NCBI GenBank assembly: GCA_028699255.1
Contig: JAQVUX010000004.1
Location: 24,668-88,667 of the forward strand
Source: Candidatus Omnitrophota bacterium
GTDB lineage: Bacteria; Omnitrophota; Gorgyraeia; 2-01-FULL-45-10
Direction of reading: 5' to 3'
Length of the DNA stretch: 64,000 nucleotides
Positions 45,526 to 55,636 of the stretch are shown piece after piece. The position numbers were made by a program, and so were the translations under genes. The notes under the pieces were generated by a model, which saw only the letters and a list, made by a program, of their open reading frames with translations, made no database searches and was not told the DNA's origin. Position 1 is the stretch's first letter, and each line of letters opens with the position of its first letter.

Positions 45526-46947
45526 ATGAGCCCCATTTTAAAGTTAAAACAGCATCTGAGAGAAGCAGGGATGGCTGAAATCGTTGCCATCTCCATGCCT
45601 ATGATCGCATCCTACGCCTGCGATACGATAATGGTGTTTACCGACAGGCTGTTCCTATCGCGACTTGATCCCGAGCTGATGAACGCCTCTCTCGGCGGTG
45701 GTGTAAGCGCCATGGCCTTTACTTCGTTTTTCGTCGGCTTGGTCGGATTCACAACAGCGCTCGTTGCCCAGCACCTCGGTGCCAGGCGGAAAAAAGACTG
45801 CAGCGTTGTGGTAACGCAAGCCTTGCTTTTTTCCTGCCTTGCTTATCCGCTTATATTACTGATGCAGCCTCTCGCTCATAGGCTATTCGTATTTGCGGGA
45901 GTGGATGCGCGGCAGCTGGAACCTCAGGAACTTTACCTCAAGATATTATTATACGGCTCCATTATAAGCTTAGCGCGCATATCTTTGAGCGGTTTCTTTT
46001 CCGGAATTGCCCGAACCCGGATTGTTATGTTCGCCTCGTTTGCGGCCATGATTACCAATGTAGTCATGGATTATGTTTTGATATTTGGTAAATGCGGTTT
46101 CCCGCCGCTCGGGATACGGGGTGCGGCATACGCTACTATCCTTGGAGGCGTTGTCGGTTTATCGATCCTCGCGGCGGACTATTTCAGCGAGCGCAATCGT
46201 AGGGAATACGGTATAGGCGCTTCATTTCATTTTGACCGGGCGCTGGCCGGGAAATTATTAAAGTTCGGGACACCTACTGGGCTCGAGATGTGCCTCAATA
46301 TATTTGCGTTCAACGCCATCATAATGTTATTCCATTCTCTTGGGCCGGTGACGGCAACGGCCGCTACGGTTGTATTTAATTGGGATCTGGTATCGTTCGT
46401 GCCGCTTATAGGTATAGAGATAGGCGTGACGAGCCTTGTGGGAAAATATATGGGCGCGGGTGACCCCGGCAAGGCACACCACTCGGTGATGTCCGGACTG
46501 AAATTGGGCATGCTCTATTCCGCGGTAATACTGGTATTTTTCATCCTTTATCCCGGCATGCTTGTAGACACCTTCCGTCCAACTGCCGCCAGTGAGGTAT
46601 TTGCCAGTGCCGTGCCGCTTGCGGTATTTATGGTGCGCCTGGCTGCCGTATATGTGATGGTCGAAGCGATGCTATGCGTCTTTATTGGAGCCCTGCGCGG
46701 GGCAGGGGACACGTTTTGGGCGATGCGTACATCGGTAATTATACACTGGTTAATGGTTGCAGTTTTGGCGCTTGTGTTGCGTGTATTCGGCCTATCACCA
46801 TGGATAGGCTGGACTGTAGTGGTATTTTTTTTCCTAATATTTTCAATGGTAGTCTTTGTCAGGTACAAAAAAGGCGGCTGGAAGAAACTACGCATGGTGG
46901 AGCAGGCCGCTCCCCCAGAGCTGATCCCGGAGATCGGAGAAGTTTAG
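45526..46947 (+). CDS. MATE-family multidrug/sodium efflux transporter
   Basis: 12 TM helices. N-terminus typical of NorM/MATE (AISMPMIASYACDTIMVFTDRLFLSRL). Confidence 0.8.
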   Translation: MSPILKLKQHLREAGMAEIVAISMPMIASYACDTIMVFTDRLFLSRLDPELMNASLGGGVSAMAFTSFFVGLVGFTTALVAQHLGARRKKDCSVVVTQALLFSCLAYPLILLMQPLAHRLFVFAGVDARQLEPQELYLKILLYGSIISLARISLSGFFSGIARTRIVMFASFAAMITNVVMDYVLIFGKCGFPPLGIRGAAYATILGGVVGLSILAADYFSERNRREYGIGASFHFDRALAGKLLKFGTPTGLEMCLNIFAFNAIIMLFHSLGPVTATAATVVFNWDLVSFVPLIGIEIGVTSLVGKYMGAGDPGKAHHSVMSGLKLGMLYSAVILVFFILYPGMLVDTFRPTAASEVFASAVPLAVFMVRLAAVYVMVEAMLCVFIGALRGAGDTFWAMRTSVIIHWLMVAVLALVLRVFGLSPWIGWTVVVFFFLIFSMVVFVRYKKGGWKKLRMVEQAAPPELIPEIGEV

Positions 46948-47095
46948 CTACCGCGAATTTAGGCTTGCCCTCGTTGAATTTGACTGCCCGTCCTGAGGGG
47001 ATTGGAAAAGTTTCTCAAATTTTCTTCGAACTGAATAGGAATATCATATTTACAGAGTATTGATTTTTAAAAGAAAAGAAGTTTTTAGGAATGCC

Positions 47096-47125
47096 TTGAC
47101 ACCTTAAAGCCTCTCCGTTTATAAT
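47096..47125 (+). promoter_or_regulatory. Sigma70-type promoter TTGACA-N18-TATAAT for the DUF47-pit operon, preceded by the shared motif GAAGTTTTTAGGAATGCCTTG
   Basis: -35 at 47096-47101, -10 at 47120-47125. The upstream 21 nt are identical to 26128-26148. Confidence 0.5.
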
Positions 47126-47163
47126 AAACGTGTAATTATACTTATTTAACCGGAGGGGTTTCT

Positions 47164-47790
47164 ATGTTGCGCCGTTTTCTTCCTAAAGAGTTCAATTTCT
47201 TCGATCTGTTCGAGAAACAGGCCCGCTACGCGGCTGACGCGGCGGAGTGTTTTAAAGAGCTTGTGGCTAAGAGCGTTATCGACGACGCCGCGATCGACAG
47301 GATGCATGAAATCGAGCACCAGGGCGACGATGTCGCGCACACCATACTTGATAATCTTAACAAAACTTTCATAACGCCTTTTGACAGGGAGGATATCCAC
47401 TCCTTAGCCAAGGAGATCGACGACATAACCGATATGCTATACGCTATAGTAAACCGGATGAAAGTTTATAAGGTTGCCGGAGCGAATAAAAACCTGATAG
47501 AATTTGCTTCAGTGATAAGCGACTCGGTCAATGCCGTAACCCGCGCTGTCCGCGGGCTTCGCGATATGAACAGGGCCAAAGAGGTTTCCGAGGTCTGTGT
47601 CGAGATAAATCGCCTGGAAAATCTGGGCGATGCCATGAGGGATTCGGTGCTTGCCGAACTATTCGATACGGAAAAAGACCCGATCACTATTATGAAGTTG
47701 AAAGAGATATATCAGGATGCCGAGACCGTACTCGATATCTGCGAAGACGTAGCTCACGTGGTTCAGTCTATCCTCGTAAAGCAGGCTTAA
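47164..47790 (+). CDS. DUF47 (PhoU-like, TIGR00153) Pit accessory protein
   Basis: N-terminus MLRRFLPKEFNFFDLFEKQA typical of the family. It is paired with the downstream PiT transporter. Confidence 0.8.
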   Translation: MLRRFLPKEFNFFDLFEKQARYAADAAECFKELVAKSVIDDAAIDRMHEIEHQGDDVAHTILDNLNKTFITPFDREDIHSLAKEIDDITDMLYAIVNRMKVYKVAGANKNLIEFASVISDSVNAVTRAVRGLRDMNRAKEVSEVCVEINRLENLGDAMRDSVLAELFDTEKDPITIMKLKEIYQDAETVLDICEDVAHVVQSILVKQA

Positions 47791-47793
47791 CAG

Positions 47794-48789
47794 ATGACGT
47801 TAGCCATACTGCTTCTTATAATACTCGCGTTGGCGTTTGATTTTCTAAACGGGTTCCATGATTCCGCTAATTCTATCGCGACGATAGTTTCCACTCGCGT
47901 ATTATCTCCCAGGATTGCGATAATATGGGCGGCATTCTTTAATTTTGTCGCCTTCCTATTTTTCGGGCTTCATGTTGCCACCACCATAGGTAAAGGGATC
48001 GTGGATATAACCACGATCGACCAGATGACGATATTTGGCGCTCTTACCGGTGCGTGCGGCTGGAATCTGATCACATGGTATCTGGGTCTTCCGACCAGTT
48101 CATCTCATGCGCTCATCGGAGGGATGATAGGCGCCGCTCTCATGAAAGCAGGTGTGCAGTCATTGTTGTGGAAGGGCATACTAATGACTGTAGCGTTTAT
48201 TTTTATATCTCCGGTGCTGGGGCTTATCCTTGGTTTGGGCCTGGGAATAGGCGTGTACTGGTTATTCAGGAAGAGCGCTCCCTCGCAGGTTGATCACATT
48301 TTTCGTAAGGGGCAATTAGTGTCGGCGGCTTTTTACAGCATAGGCCACGGCGGGAATGATGCGCAGAAGACGATGGGTATCATTGCGAGCTTGCTCTTCA
48401 GCGCGGGACTGCTCGGCAATAAGTTTTACATTCCGTGGTGGGTGATCCTGTCGTGTTATACGGCGATAGCGCTCGGTACGATGTTCGGAGGCTGGCGCAT
48501 AGTCAAGACGATGGGTCAGAAGGTCGCGAAACTTAAGCCCGTTGACGGTTTCTGCGCGGAATTCGGCGCCGCTATAACGCTATTCATTTCGTCGGGTTTC
48601 GGTATACCGGTAAGTACGACACACACTATTACCGGCGGCATAATGGGAGTGGGGTCTTTGCGCGGATTGAGCGCGGTGAAGTGGGGGGTTGCGGGCAGGA
48701 TCGTGTGGGCATGGGTTTTAACCATACCGTGTTCGGCTATTATATCGGCGCTGGCTTATTCGCTGGCTCGTTCAGTATTTCACAAATAA
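47794..48789 (+). CDS. pit: Inorganic phosphate transporter, PiT family
   Basis: N-terminal PHO4 signature FDFLNGFHDSANSIAT. About 10 TM helices. Confidence 0.85.
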   Translation: MTLAILLLIILALAFDFLNGFHDSANSIATIVSTRVLSPRIAIIWAAFFNFVAFLFFGLHVATTIGKGIVDITTIDQMTIFGALTGACGWNLITWYLGLPTSSSHALIGGMIGAALMKAGVQSLLWKGILMTVAFIFISPVLGLILGLGLGIGVYWLFRKSAPSQVDHIFRKGQLVSAAFYSIGHGGNDAQKTMGIIASLLFSAGLLGNKFYIPWWVILSCYTAIALGTMFGGWRIVKTMGQKVAKLKPVDGFCAEFGAAITLFISSGFGIPVSTTHTITGGIMGVGSLRGLSAVKWGVAGRIVWAWVLTIPCSAIISALAYSLARSVFHK

Positions 48790-48802
48790 CAGGGGGTTTT
48801 GT

Positions 48803-50122
48803 ATGACAAATCAGACCGGCAGTTCTTTTTACGGAATGGGCATAGCGCCCAAAGTGCTCGACATACTCGAGCGTATGCGCTTTACGGTTCCTACGCCTAT
48901 TCAACATAAAGCGATACCCATTGCTATCGAAGGCAAAGACATAGTAGGCGTGGCCCAGACGGGAACGGGCAAGACGCTTGCCTTTGCTATTCCTCTCGTC
49001 CAGCGTCTCTCCCAGATGAAGGGACGTTGCCTTATCCTTGTGCCGACAAGAGAGCTCGCGCTCCAGGTCGATGAGACGCTCCAAAAGATAGCTCCGTCAT
49101 TCGGATTAAAGACGATTGTTTTAATAGGCGGCGCTTCGATGTCGATGCAGTTACAGGGCTTAAGACGAAATCCGCGTATCCTTATCGCTACACCCGGGCG
49201 GCTTGTCGATCACATGACTCAGCGCACCGTTATGCTGGCCGATGTAAATATACTGGTTCTGGATGAGGCCGACCGCATGCTTGATATGGGTTTCCTGCCC
49301 CAGATAGAACGCATCCTGCGGTTTATACCCAAAGACAGGCAGACGATGCTATTCTCTGCGACGATACCTCAAGATATCATGAAGATAGCCGCTTCGTATA
49401 TGAAGCTTCCGGTCAGCGTCGAGGTAGCGCCATCCGGTACAACCGCCGAAGGCATAGCTCAGGAGCTTTTTATCGTAAAAAGAGATTACAAGAAACAACT
49501 CCTCGAGAAGATATTGAAACAATATCAGGGATCGGTACTCCTGTTCTCCAGGACGAAGATAGGCGCATCGAAAATTACCCGGATGATAAGGCACATCGGC
49601 CAGACCGTTGCTGAGATACATTCGGACCGTTCGTTGAACCAGAGAAGAGAGGCGCTCGAAGGCTTTAAGGTAGGCAAGTACAGGATACTCGTAGCAACCG
49701 ATATAGCGGCGCGGGGTATAGATGTTACAGGCATAGAGCTTGTTATAAATTACGATCTACCCGAAGATGCCGAGAACTACGTCCATCGTATCGGACGGAC
49801 GGCCCGTGCCGGAAGAGAGGGGAGAGCAATCTCTTTCGCGACACCCGAGCAGGGCGACGAAGTTCGCAATATCGAAAAACTTATAAAGAGTCCTCTGCCG
49901 ATATCCGAGCATCCCGAATTCCCAAAAGAAAAATTTGTTCCCGCTTCGAGTCAGGGTGGGTCCCGTGGCGCTCACAGGGGTTACCGCGGTTCTCGACAGG
50001 GCGGCGGTCACAGCGGAGGCTATGGCGGCAGTCACGGAAGTAGTTATGGCGGCGGCGCCCGGCGGAGCAGTGGGAGCAATTCGTCCTGGAAATCTTCATC
50101 CGGCAGTAAGAAGTACAGATAA
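48803..50122 (+). CDS. DEAD-box ATP-dependent RNA helicase with a Gly/Ser/Arg-rich C-terminal tail
   Basis: Q-motif. Walker A AQTGTGKT. DEAD box (VLDEADRMLDMGF). SAT motif. HRIGRTARAG. Confidence 0.88.
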   Translation: MTNQTGSSFYGMGIAPKVLDILERMRFTVPTPIQHKAIPIAIEGKDIVGVAQTGTGKTLAFAIPLVQRLSQMKGRCLILVPTRELALQVDETLQKIAPSFGLKTIVLIGGASMSMQLQGLRRNPRILIATPGRLVDHMTQRTVMLADVNILVLDEADRMLDMGFLPQIERILRFIPKDRQTMLFSATIPQDIMKIAASYMKLPVSVEVAPSGTTAEGIAQELFIVKRDYKKQLLEKILKQYQGSVLLFSRTKIGASKITRMIRHIGQTVAEIHSDRSLNQRREALEGFKVGKYRILVATDIAARGIDVTGIELVINYDLPEDAENYVHRIGRTARAGREGRAISFATPEQGDEVRNIEKLIKSPLPISEHPEFPKEKFVPASSQGGSRGAHRGYRGSRQGGGHSGGYGGSHGSSYGGGARRSSGSNSSWKSSSGSKKYR

Positions 50123-50136
50123 ATACAGGAGGATTT

Positions 50137-50433
50137 ATGAAAAGAATAGCAACTGTTTTTATCGCTATAGCGCTCCTGGCCGGCTTGGCGCCGGCATTTG
50201 CGGCGGTTGTTAAAAAAGCGGCGGCTACGGCCGTCAAGCCGGCGGCGACTGCTAAAGTAGAGAACCCGGTCGTTGTTGTTCCTGTCGAGAAGAGTATAGG
50301 GCCGGCGAAGACACCTTTTAACATGGTCGCGTCATACCTTTCCGGATTCGACAGGGCATATGCCCGGCGCGGCAATAAGCAGAGCTATTGCAATGCCGCC
50401 GCGGATTGGCTAAAGAATATAAATAAGCAGTAG
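50137..50433 (+). CDS. Small secreted Ala/Lys/Val-rich hypothetical protein
   Basis: Signal peptide MKRIATVFIAIALLAGLAPAFA. RBS AGGAGG upstream. Confidence 0.5.
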   Translation: MKRIATVFIAIALLAGLAPAFAAVVKKAAATAVKPAATAKVENPVVVVPVEKSIGPAKTPFNMVASYLSGFDRAYARRGNKQSYCNAAADWLKNINKQ

Positions 50434-50450
50434 CCGCGAAATACAAAAAT

Positions 50451-51116
50451 ATGGGTCAGATACGGATATTGTCGGATAGTGTCGAATTATTCCGCGACCG
50501 TAAAGAGGCGGGGCGGATCCTGGCCGGGGCTCTGGAGGATTTTAAAGGCCAGGGTACGGTTATTCTCGGTATACCACGCGGCGGAGTAGTGGTAGCGGAA
50601 GAGGCCTCGGAACTTTTAAATACAGAGTTTGATATAATATTTTCGCGTAAGATAAGCGCTCCGGATAATCCAGAACTGGCCATTGGCGCGATAAACGAAG
50701 GCGGAAAGGTTTTTCTCGACGCGTATTTTGTTTCGCGTATTGCCGTGAGTGAAGATTATATCAAGGCGGAGGTAAAGCGCCAGGCTGAAGAGATCGCGCG
50801 CCGATCCATTTTATTCCGCAGGATAATCCCAAAGGTGTCGCTCGAAGCGAAGACGGTAATAATAGTCGATGACGGTTTGGCGACCGGCTCGACGATGCAG
50901 GCATCACTTTATGCCGTGCGGCAGGAAAAGCCGGCAAGGCTTATCGCCGCCTGTCCGGTAGCGTCAAGCGATGCAGTTGAGAAGGTAAGGAATTATTGCG
51001 ACGAAGTTATATGTTTAAAGGTTCCCGAATTTTTCAGCGCGGTAGGCCAATTCTACAAAAATTTCAATCAGACGACGGATGAAGATGTCGTCGCCATATT
51101 AAAAGGACGCAGGTGA
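50451..51116 (+). CDS. Type I phosphoribosyltransferase-domain protein
   Basis: PRPP-binding motif VIIVDDGLATGSTM. Confidence 0.7.
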   Translation: MGQIRILSDSVELFRDRKEAGRILAGALEDFKGQGTVILGIPRGGVVVAEEASELLNTEFDIIFSRKISAPDNPELAIGAINEGGKVFLDAYFVSRIAVSEDYIKAEVKRQAEEIARRSILFRRIIPKVSLEAKTVIIVDDGLATGSTMQASLYAVRQEKPARLIAACPVASSDAVEKVRNYCDEVICLKVPEFFSAVGQFYKNFNQTTDEDVVAILKGRR

Positions 51117-51523
51117 AGCAAAATCATCTTACGCTTAAGGTTTTTGCTCTTCTGGTAGTGAATGATGTTTTAGACAGCGTAGCCCAGCTATGCATGAAGA
51201 AGGGCCTGGCGCAAACCGGGATAAGTTCCGTAGGTCTGAATAACATCTTTCAATTCGGATTCCTAAGCCTGTCGTCATGGCTCATCTGGGCGGGCATCCT
51301 CGTATATATAATAAGTTTTGTGCTGTGGCTCGTGATACTTTACAGGATAGATATCAGTATCGCCATGCCTGTCGGTTCCACCGCCTATGTATTCATACCT
51401 CTCCTGGCAATATTTTTCCTGCATGAACAGGTCAGCCCATTAAGATGGCTCGGTATAGTCCTTGTGGTACTCGGCATACATTTTACGGCACAAAGCTCCA
51501 GCGCTAAGAAAGGCGCGGTGTAA
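51113..51523 (+). CDS. Small 4-TM DMT/EamA-like membrane protein (first of a pair, ArnE/ArnF-like arrangement)
   Basis: 136 aa with four hydrophobic helices. ATGA overlap with the upstream gene. Confidence 0.55.
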   Translation: MKQNHLTLKVFALLVVNDVLDSVAQLCMKKGLAQTGISSVGLNNIFQFGFLSLSSWLIWAGILVYIISFVLWLVILYRIDISIAMPVGSTAYVFIPLLAIFFLHEQVSPLRWLGIVLVVLGIHFTAQSSSAKKGAV

Positions 51524-51524
51524 T

Positions 51525-51905
51525 ATGCCGACAGCGCTTAAGGTCATCCTGCTTATATTGTTATCGGAGATATGGAACACCGCCGGCCAGATACTCTTCA
51601 AAAAGAGCACCAATTCCGTAGATGTCGGTAAGATCCACGGCTTATCGGGGCACGTCAGTTATATCAAAGGACTGCTTACCAAGAAAGCGATATGGGTCGG
51701 ATTTTTCTTCCAGATCCTGTGTGTAGCTACATGGATCGTGGCGCTGGCCCAGGCGGATTTGAGTTTCGTATTCCCGATCGGCAGTATCCAATATATATTT
51801 ATATTATTCGGCGCGCATTATTTTCTGGGTGAGAAGATCGACAAGATGAAATTTATCGGGACGCTTCTCGTAGTCGCGGGGATAGTTCTAATCGCAGTGA
51901 GTTAA
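51525..51905 (+). CDS. Small 4-TM DMT/EamA-like membrane protein (second of the pair)
   Basis: Start taken at ATG 51525 (MPTALKVILLILLSEIWNTAGQILFKKS). Four helices. Paralogous to the previous gene. Confidence 0.55.
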   Translation: MPTALKVILLILLSEIWNTAGQILFKKSTNSVDVGKIHGLSGHVSYIKGLLTKKAIWVGFFFQILCVATWIVALAQADLSFVFPIGSIQYIFILFGAHYFLGEKIDKMKFIGTLLVVAGIVLIAVS

Positions 51906-51926
51906 TTTGCAGTCAAGGGAGAAAAG

Positions 51927-53372
51927 ATGTTCTTCAAATCCATAAGATTCAAAATATTACTATGGTATATGCTATTATTGACGGTAACTCTCCTCCTGTT
52001 CTCCGTCGCGCTTTATGGCGCTTTTAATAAAATACTCATAGGGCACCTCGAAGATCTTTTGAGTTCCAGGGTAGAGGGCGTATCGTCCGCTTTGCATACT
52101 TATATGCATACCAGAGAACCCGGCTCCAACATTCCGTCTTTAACTGATATAGGCCGTGACTGGGTGGAAGAGAAACGCAAAGACCCTGAGCTCATGAAGG
52201 TGTATGTGCAGATAATGGACGCGGATGGCGAAAGGATTGTTGCCGCTAAGGCGATGCCGTTCATTGCTCCGCTCGACAAGGAGTGCATTAATGATATCCG
52301 CGCCGGCGAAGACAGTTTTGACAAGCTGAGCGGTGTCGTTGCCAACGGACGGAAGGCAAGGTTCCTGGCTTACACGCGGCCGGTTATCGAAGACGGTAAG
52401 GTTATATACATGGTGCAGGCGGCGGCTCCGGTAGACCTTGTATCACTGGCGATGAACAACCTGATACTTACACTTTTACTTCTTTTGCCGCTCACGGTAT
52501 TTTTGGCCGGCATCCCGGGGGTTCTCCTCGCGGGGTTGACGCTTCGCCCTGTCAATAAGATGATAGATACGCTGAGACAGATAACCGCGGAAAATCTCAA
52601 ACTCAAGATACATATCCCTGATACCAAAGATGAAGTTAAAAGGCTCGCCGATACATTTAATGACATGATAGAGCGCCTCGACAGGTCTTTCTCGTCCCAG
52701 CAGAGTTTTATTCAGGATATATCCTATGAACTTAAAGAACCTTTGAAATCCATGAAGGAAGAGTTTGAGGGGGCTTTAAACAGCGCGCATTCAAAAGAGG
52801 CCCAGGAGGCCGTAATGCGTAAATCTCTCGCGGAGCTTGGTAAATTTTCCATGATAATCGATGATTTGCTCGCCCTGGCGAAATTCGACAACAGCAGGAT
52901 GCCTCTCGAAATAAAGAAGATAAATCTGACGAGGCTTCTCGAAGAGGTTACGCGAGGCATGAAACCGCTTGCCGAAGGTAAAGACATCGCGTTGTCGTCA
53001 TTCCTGAATGAGCAAATAGCGATCGATGGTGATGAGTTTCAGCTTAAAAGATTATTCGACAATATTATCGATAATGCCGTGAAATATACTTTGCGAAAAG
53101 GCAGTATAACCGTGTCGGCGCACAGGGACGGGAAGTTCGCCAGAGTCGTCGTGAGCGATACCGGCATAGGTATGCCGGACGACGAGTTAGGATATATATT
53201 TGACAGATTCTACCAGATAAACAAGTCGCGTAGCGGCAAGAACGGTTTCGGCCTGGGCTTGAGCATAGCTAAATCGATCATAGAGTCGCATAAAGGGAGG
53301 ATATCGGCGGAGAGCCAAATTGGCAAAGGATCCATCCTTACCGTATGGCTACCCATATCTTATCCCGGATAA
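51927..53372 (+). CDS. Orphan sensor histidine kinase (2 TM, HAMP, HisKA, HATPase_c)
   Basis: H-box ISYELKEPLKSM, N-box FDNIIDNAVKY, G-boxes DTGIGMP and GFGLGLSIA. There is no adjacent response regulator. Confidence 0.8.
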   Translation: MFFKSIRFKILLWYMLLLTVTLLLFSVALYGAFNKILIGHLEDLLSSRVEGVSSALHTYMHTREPGSNIPSLTDIGRDWVEEKRKDPELMKVYVQIMDADGERIVAAKAMPFIAPLDKECINDIRAGEDSFDKLSGVVANGRKARFLAYTRPVIEDGKVIYMVQAAAPVDLVSLAMNNLILTLLLLLPLTVFLAGIPGVLLAGLTLRPVNKMIDTLRQITAENLKLKIHIPDTKDEVKRLADTFNDMIERLDRSFSSQQSFIQDISYELKEPLKSMKEEFEGALNSAHSKEAQEAVMRKSLAELGKFSMIIDDLLALAKFDNSRMPLEIKKINLTRLLEEVTRGMKPLAEGKDIALSSFLNEQIAIDGDEFQLKRLFDNIIDNAVKYTLRKGSITVSAHRDGKFARVVVSDTGIGMPDDELGYIFDRFYQINKSRSGKNGFGLGLSIAKSIIESHKGRISAESQIGKGSILTVWLPISYPG

Positions 53373-53384
53373 GAACGTAAAAAT

Positions 53385-54278
53385 ATGTCAGTACTTTTTT
53401 CCCTCGATCCAAGGAATTTTAAAAAGCATAAGCCTGTCGGCGCTTTATCTAAAGACAAAGGTTTATATTTCCCCGGCGACAATGGTAGTGCCGTTATCCT
53501 GATACACGGCCTTACAGGCACACCAAACGAAATGAAGTATCTCGCCACCTACCTGAATAAACGCGGCTATACCGTCATATGCCCGAAGCTCGCCAATCAT
53601 GGTGAGTCGATGTGGGTACTCAAGAATACGAGCTGGCAGGATATTTACGAATCTTTGCGTGAGGTGCTCACGACCGGTGAGGCCGCAAGGTTCAACGGGC
53701 CGATATTTACATCCGGTCTTTCGATGGGCGCTCTGTATGCGCTTTTACTCGCGGATGAGTTTAAAGACAGGGTGCGTGGCGCGAGCTGTCTGGCGCCCAC
53801 GCTTTTTTATGATGGATGGAATACGCCGCTATCCAATCTGTTTTTTCCGCTTGCGTACACTCCGGTACGCTATATCGCGTATTTCAAAGAATCGCCGCCA
53901 TACGGCATAAAGAACGAAATAATACAACAGCGCATACATAAATACTATGCCACGGCGCGGCTTGACGACCTGGAGGGCGCCGAACAGTACGGCTATCCGT
54001 TTTTCCCGGTAACGCTACTTCATCAGCTACAGCTTATGGTTCGGCACGTCAAAAAGAGGTTACCTGAAATGGAGTTTCCCGTACAGTTAATACAGGCCAA
54101 AGATGACGATGTGGCGAGTGTCAAGAATTCAAAGTTTATTTACGACCGGGTGCGCTCGGAAATGAAAGAGATGATTCTTCTTTATAATTCCTACCACGTT
54201 ATCACCGCCGACCAGGAGAGGGAGACGGTTGCCGAGAAAGTGGCCGAATTTTTCTACCGCGTCAGGATGTCCGCTTAA
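53385..54278 (+). CDS. Alpha/beta hydrolase (esterase/lipase family)
   Basis: HGLTGTPNEM and nucleophile elbow GLSMGALYAL. Confidence 0.7.
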   Translation: MSVLFSLDPRNFKKHKPVGALSKDKGLYFPGDNGSAVILIHGLTGTPNEMKYLATYLNKRGYTVICPKLANHGESMWVLKNTSWQDIYESLREVLTTGEAARFNGPIFTSGLSMGALYALLLADEFKDRVRGASCLAPTLFYDGWNTPLSNLFFPLAYTPVRYIAYFKESPPYGIKNEIIQQRIHKYYATARLDDLEGAEQYGYPFFPVTLLHQLQLMVRHVKKRLPEMEFPVQLIQAKDDDVASVKNSKFIYDRVRSEMKEMILLYNSYHVITADQERETVAEKVAEFFYRVRMSA

Positions 54279-54279
54279 A

Positions 54280-55581
54280 ATGTTCAAAGAGATATTTCAC
54301 ACTATGCGTTACAGGAACTTCCGGCTGTTTTTTATCGGCCAGGGCATATCGCTCGTCGGTACATGGATGGAGGCGATCGCGATGAGCTGGCTCGTCTACA
54401 GGCTGACGAACTCGCCGTTCCTCCTCGGCGTGGTCGGATTCTCGAGTCAGATACCGACATTTGTATTAACCCCGTTCGCGGGGTTCATTGCCGACAGGGT
54501 CGATAAACACAAGATACTTATCGTGACTCAAGCTTTATCCATGATACAGGCTTTCGTCCTGGCGTTGCTTACGCTGACCGGCACGATAGCCATATGGCAC
54601 ATAATAGCGCTCGGCGTATGCTTAGGACTGATAAACTCGTTCGACATCCCTACGCGGCAGGCATTCTTGGTGGAGATGGTCGAGAAGAAAGAGAATCTGG
54701 CCAACGCGATAGCTCTCAACTCGCTCATGTTCAACGCGGCGCGTCTTATCGGCCCGGTGGTGGCGGGCGTCCTTATCGCGGCCGCCGGCGAAGGTACATG
54801 CTTTCTCCTGAACGCCGTCAGCTTTATAGCGGTTCTCGCGTCTCTATTAGCGATGAGGCTGAAAAAGCGGACGCATGAACACGAAAAGAAAGATCTCTTC
54901 AAGGGTATTAAAGAAGGTTTTATGTATACATTTGGTTTTCCGCCGATCAGATTTATTATATTGCTTCTCGGCGTAATAAGCATGATGGGCACATCCTATG
55001 TCGTATTGATGCCCGTATTCGCGAAAGATATTTTAAAAGGCGGGCCGGGAACCTTCGGCATGCTCATGGCGGCCGTGGGTGTCGGCGCGCTTTTCGCGAC
55101 GGCTTATCTCGCGTCGCGTAAAAGCATCGTAGGATTGGGAAAACTGATACCGATAGCCGCATCCATCTTTGCCGTCAGTCTTATAGCGTTGTCGTTCTCG
55201 CGGACGTTGTGGCTTTCATGTATCTTTATGGCCATATCGGGTTTCGGATTTATGACCCACATGGCCGCGAGCAACACCATATTGCAGACGGTGTCAGACG
55301 ACGATAAACGCGGCCGCGTGATGAGTTTCTACGCTATGGCGTTCATGGGCATGACGCCGATAGGCAGTCTTTTGTCCGGGGCGCTTGCGAATAAGATAGG
55401 TGTTGGCGCCACACTCATTATAGGCGGCACCTGCTGTATCATCGCCTCCGGCGTATTCGCGTCGAAACTGCCGATTATAAGGAAGATGATACATCCTATA
55501 TACAGGAAGATAGGCATAATCCCCGAGGTCGCCTCCGGCATGGGCGCCGCAACCCGCCTGACCGTCCCGCCGGAAGATTAG
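54280..55581 (+). CDS. MFS transporter
   Basis: 12 TM helices. The start is taken at ATG 54280, right after the upstream stop (MFKEIFHTMRYRNFRLFFIGQGISLVGTWM). Confidence 0.75.
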   Translation: MFKEIFHTMRYRNFRLFFIGQGISLVGTWMEAIAMSWLVYRLTNSPFLLGVVGFSSQIPTFVLTPFAGFIADRVDKHKILIVTQALSMIQAFVLALLTLTGTIAIWHIIALGVCLGLINSFDIPTRQAFLVEMVEKKENLANAIALNSLMFNAARLIGPVVAGVLIAAAGEGTCFLLNAVSFIAVLASLLAMRLKKRTHEHEKKDLFKGIKEGFMYTFGFPPIRFIILLLGVISMMGTSYVVLMPVFAKDILKGGPGTFGMLMAAVGVGALFATAYLASRKSIVGLGKLIPIAASIFAVSLIALSFSRTLWLSCIFMAISGFGFMTHMAASNTILQTVSDDDKRGRVMSFYAMAFMGMTPIGSLLSGALANKIGVGATLIIGGTCCIIASGVFASKLPIIRKMIHPIYRKIGIIPEVASGMGAATRLTVPPED

Positions 55582-55636
55582 TTTGAAAAATTCGCGCTTG
55601 AAATGGCCGTGGGAGTATGCTATTTTATAAAGTGTT

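Noticed and set aside
46674-47063. 129-aa plus-strand ORF spanning the MATE 3' end and the downstream intergenic region
   Set aside because: It is out of frame with the MATE transporter, crosses its stop codon and has no RBS. The intergenic part contains the promoter motif instead.
49881-50375. 164-aa minus-strand ORF opposite the DEAD-box helicase tail and the small secreted protein gene
   Set aside because: It is an antisense frame of the Gly/Ser/Arg-rich helicase tail, a common artefact. It has no RBS.
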